Under the pieces are notes generated by a model. That model saw nothing but the letters and a program-made list of their open reading frames with translations, made no database searches and was not told the DNA's origin. Both the position numbers and the translations under genes were made by a program. Below are positions 33,300 through 36,205 of a stretch of DNA of 36,205 nucleotides, piece by piece. This stretch comes from Octopus bimaculoides. Lineage: Eukaryota. The first letter of the stretch is position 1. The number at the start of each line of letters is the position of its first letter. Location: NCBI RefSeq assembly GCF_001194135.2, contig NC_068982.1, forward strand, positions 181,270,899-181,307,103, written 5' to 3'.

Positions 33300-35900
33300 G
33301 TATCACCAAATCAATATTAGTGACATTTAATGCAAGTCCAAGATTCAGAGCTACACACAGCGTGGGTTATAAAACCACTCATCTATATTACAAGCGTTGG
33401 TGTTTACTACGATGTTAATATCTAGCTACCTGTACACTTAAATGACCAAACGTCGGTAACATTCAGCCCGATGTTTGAGCTCCTCTTCTATGTTTTTGCT
33501 CTGGTTTTAGTGGATATCTACGTATTTGAAGTACTTTGTATTTTCAATCATCTGTCCGTATTCCTGTACATGTACATGTCCTGTTCATTCAAGTACTGTT
33601 AATTCAAGGCCATTCTCCTGTGATGCGATCACCAAAGCAGAAAAAATTGTACCACAAACATATCCATGAGAAGTATGCTACTGAAGACGCCACGTTCTCT
33701 TCAAATTTACATAAGAACCAGATCTCCAGCCAAAACATAGTTATGACCTCCATTCCTAAGTTTTATTCTTCTCTTCAAGATTAGGAATATCTTCAGCTCT
33801 TTCCCACACTAAACACCTACATCTAGCAGCATGATACAAAGCTCAGGTGGGCTTCAGTTAGCGTATTGCTCCCACGGCAGCGACACTGCTGCAGTAGCAT
33901 AGAAATATCCTAAACTGTATCCAGAAAAGGAGCATCTGGTGTCTGGGTAACACATTACTCACATACGTGCTTCCCTATTTGATTTGATTTTTTCTTGTGG
34001 TGATATAATAGAATCTCAACCTGGCTGATAAAAAATCGCGATAAATCCCTAGATTATCTGTCAAATGTAAATAAAGTAAATAATGTACATAATTCCTTAT
34101 TTCTCAAATATAGAACTGTATCATAAAAGGCCTATTTTATAATACATTTCAGCAAGATTCTGTCCAACATTTTCCAAGTACACGACAGAAGCCATACATT
34201 TGTATCTGCCATAATTAATTTTCACTCATTTTGTTTTTTGATTTCTGAGATAAGCTATTAAAATCTAACTGATCCCGATTAAAAGATTCTGTGCGTGGAG
34301 ATATTTTGATGCTGTATAATTCCTTAGTTCGTACATCTCAGACAACATCTTATCAGGCACAGATGCCATACCATATTTTAAAGAATTCATTTCGTTTAAA
34401 GATTATGTAATGTCTTGTGGCATTCTGTTTATTCATCATAGACAATATATTATGTTTCGTGAGTCATTGTGTTTGCCGCTCTCTGACATCGACGCGACAT
34501 CTTCGAGAGTTTTTTTTTTCATAGTTGCTAAGAGCGGTGTGTTTATTCACAAGTTTGATACAGTTTTATTACAGAGGAGTATCCGATCTATTTGAAGAAG
34601 ACTATAAAAGTTCACTGCGTTGAAAGAAAAAGTTTATGTATATCATGAATGTCAGTTAAATAATGCATTTCAATGGATTTTGCCCTATTATCAATTCATT
34701 TTCTTCGTACATGTTTTTTTTTTCCGGAGTACTACATGACTTGCCTTGCATTCTTTGATTTGGCACTCATTATTCCCGATATTTTGGTTTGTACAATATT
34801 GCGTTCTCGTTCCGTCGATCTGCAGCTTCAATTGGGTGGGATTTCCGACTGACCATTCCTGGTGATTATGCTATTAATACCATATACTTCAGAAAAGAAA
34901 GGGAGATATCTGTCTTCAGTTGGCATCGTGGGTTTTCTCTCAAGCGAAATGGAACGAGGATATGGACAACAGTTATAATATTTCAGCTATAATTTATCTT
35001 ACTTTCTGAATTTTATGGAGTTGCGGCATTAACATTTTCTCGGCATCCTTTCTATTAACTACATTTGGAAAGAGGTTAATTGCTGCGTTAGGTGATTGTG
35101 TAGTGGTCTTTCCTGCATCATCTGTAATGGTCATCATGGATATTCTATTTGGTCCAACAAAAAACACATACCATAAACACTTATATTCATTATCCATTTA
35201 TTTCGTGAGTGTCCCAATGATTTTCACTCAACTGCATTCTCTGTAATCAAACATTGGTGTTTTCATTCTTCTGAAGAAATTTTTTTTTTCCTTTATTGTT
35301 ATTATAGACATCAATTTGTCTTCGTTGTGTTGGGGTATTTTGTTGGGGTTTTTTGTACCCTGTGGAACGAACGGAACTTTAAACACAGCCAAACGTATAT
35401 GGAAAGTAACTATAACTAATTGCTTTTGAATATCATTTGATAGCTGGTGTATATCTAAGAGTCAGTGTCTATGCAAGCATATCTCTTTATATGTCTTGAT
35501 ACAGATTAACGGAAGAATGATCAAAGTTTTCCAAAGAGATAAGTTCGAACGAAACTTTCTTTCCATGAATAATAAGGAAACATCGATAACCTTGTATGCT
35601 TATGCTTTAAAATACCCGTAACTATGACGGATGTGTTGGATCTACATTCAACCATATTGAGTCCTTGATAAAGTGGATGGCCTATTTAATCCTCGAATAA
35701 TTATCTCCATCTGTTCAACGTCTCTCTATATCTCTTTCGGGGATATTTTTGGTGATGTGCGTCTGTATTTGCTTGTGAAAGTATGGGAGCATAGGAAGTC
35801 TATTTTCTTTTTTATAATGTACGTGTAATTGTTGTATATTTTTGCAACACAGCGTTCCAATGTGTATAGCAATTTAATACTATAAAAGTTGCCGAAAGAA
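33300..35900 (-). mobile_element. RTE/BovB-like LINE relic: APE endonuclease plus RT
   Basis: Ordered motifs: SYAP (~35790), IIIRGLN (~35690), VECRSN, YSW, FDHSSV..QD, PQGTK.P, TLEDV..SGK (~34480), RNY, KCW, AFYDTV (~34120), KYFKYVD..EEELKHR, SSESWT (~33340). Many stops and frameshifts. Confidence 0.75.
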
Positions 35901-36205
35901 AGCTAGTCATCAAAGCTCACACAAAAGAATATTAGAAATATTCATTAAAGTTAGATTCTCCTCTAAGCAACACCGGGGTTGAAATTACCTTCCAACTATT
36001 CTCAATAGATGAAAACTTGGGAAAACCGTCGGCTTCAATAATGAACGACTTCGATCAGGCTCAGCTCACATTTCCTGTTTGGTGGCTGAATTATAAATCA
36101 TTGCACTTGTGTTAGCCTCAATATTGATTTTACGTTTCTAATGTTGCATACTTATAGCAATCCAAATTCGATGAAAATTATGTATATATATATATATATA
36201 TATAT

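Noticed and set aside
35810-35900. GPCR TM3-like peptide LLYTLERCVAKIY on the minus strand
   Set aside because: It lies within the ordered RTE endonuclease motifs (just upstream of SYAP), so it is most likely a chance off-frame reading.

Overview
AT-rich, microsatellite-dense animal DNA with eight assembly gaps, mostly beside simple repeats. The repeat families and microsatellite landscape resemble an octopus (coleoid cephalopod) genome; this is an inference, not verified. I can support no intact protein-coding gene. The window is mainly transposon relics: (1) a Penelope-like retroelement at ~8345-11619 on the minus strand, with an internally deleted RT/GIY-YIG ORF between a direct 3' pseudo-LTR and an inverted 5' copy, carrying hammerhead-ribozyme-like motifs; (2) RTE/BovB-like LINE relics at ~1530-1990 and ~33300-35900; (3) R4/Dong-like relics at ~25458-25837 and ~31800-33200; (4) a mariner at ~13388-14165 and a DD37D/maT transposon at ~29578-30510; (5) about a dozen copies of two tRNA-derived SINE families, a tRNA-like element and a possible Helentron-type non-autonomous element. 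A few splice-bounded segments on the minus strand at 17.3-21.3 kb may be host exons, at low confidence. The best leads are the atypical hammerhead motifs in the Penelope pLTRs and a nested fold-back structure at 28.1-28.9 kb. All protein similarities come from my manual translation and recalled family motifs, not database searches, and element boundaries are approximate.
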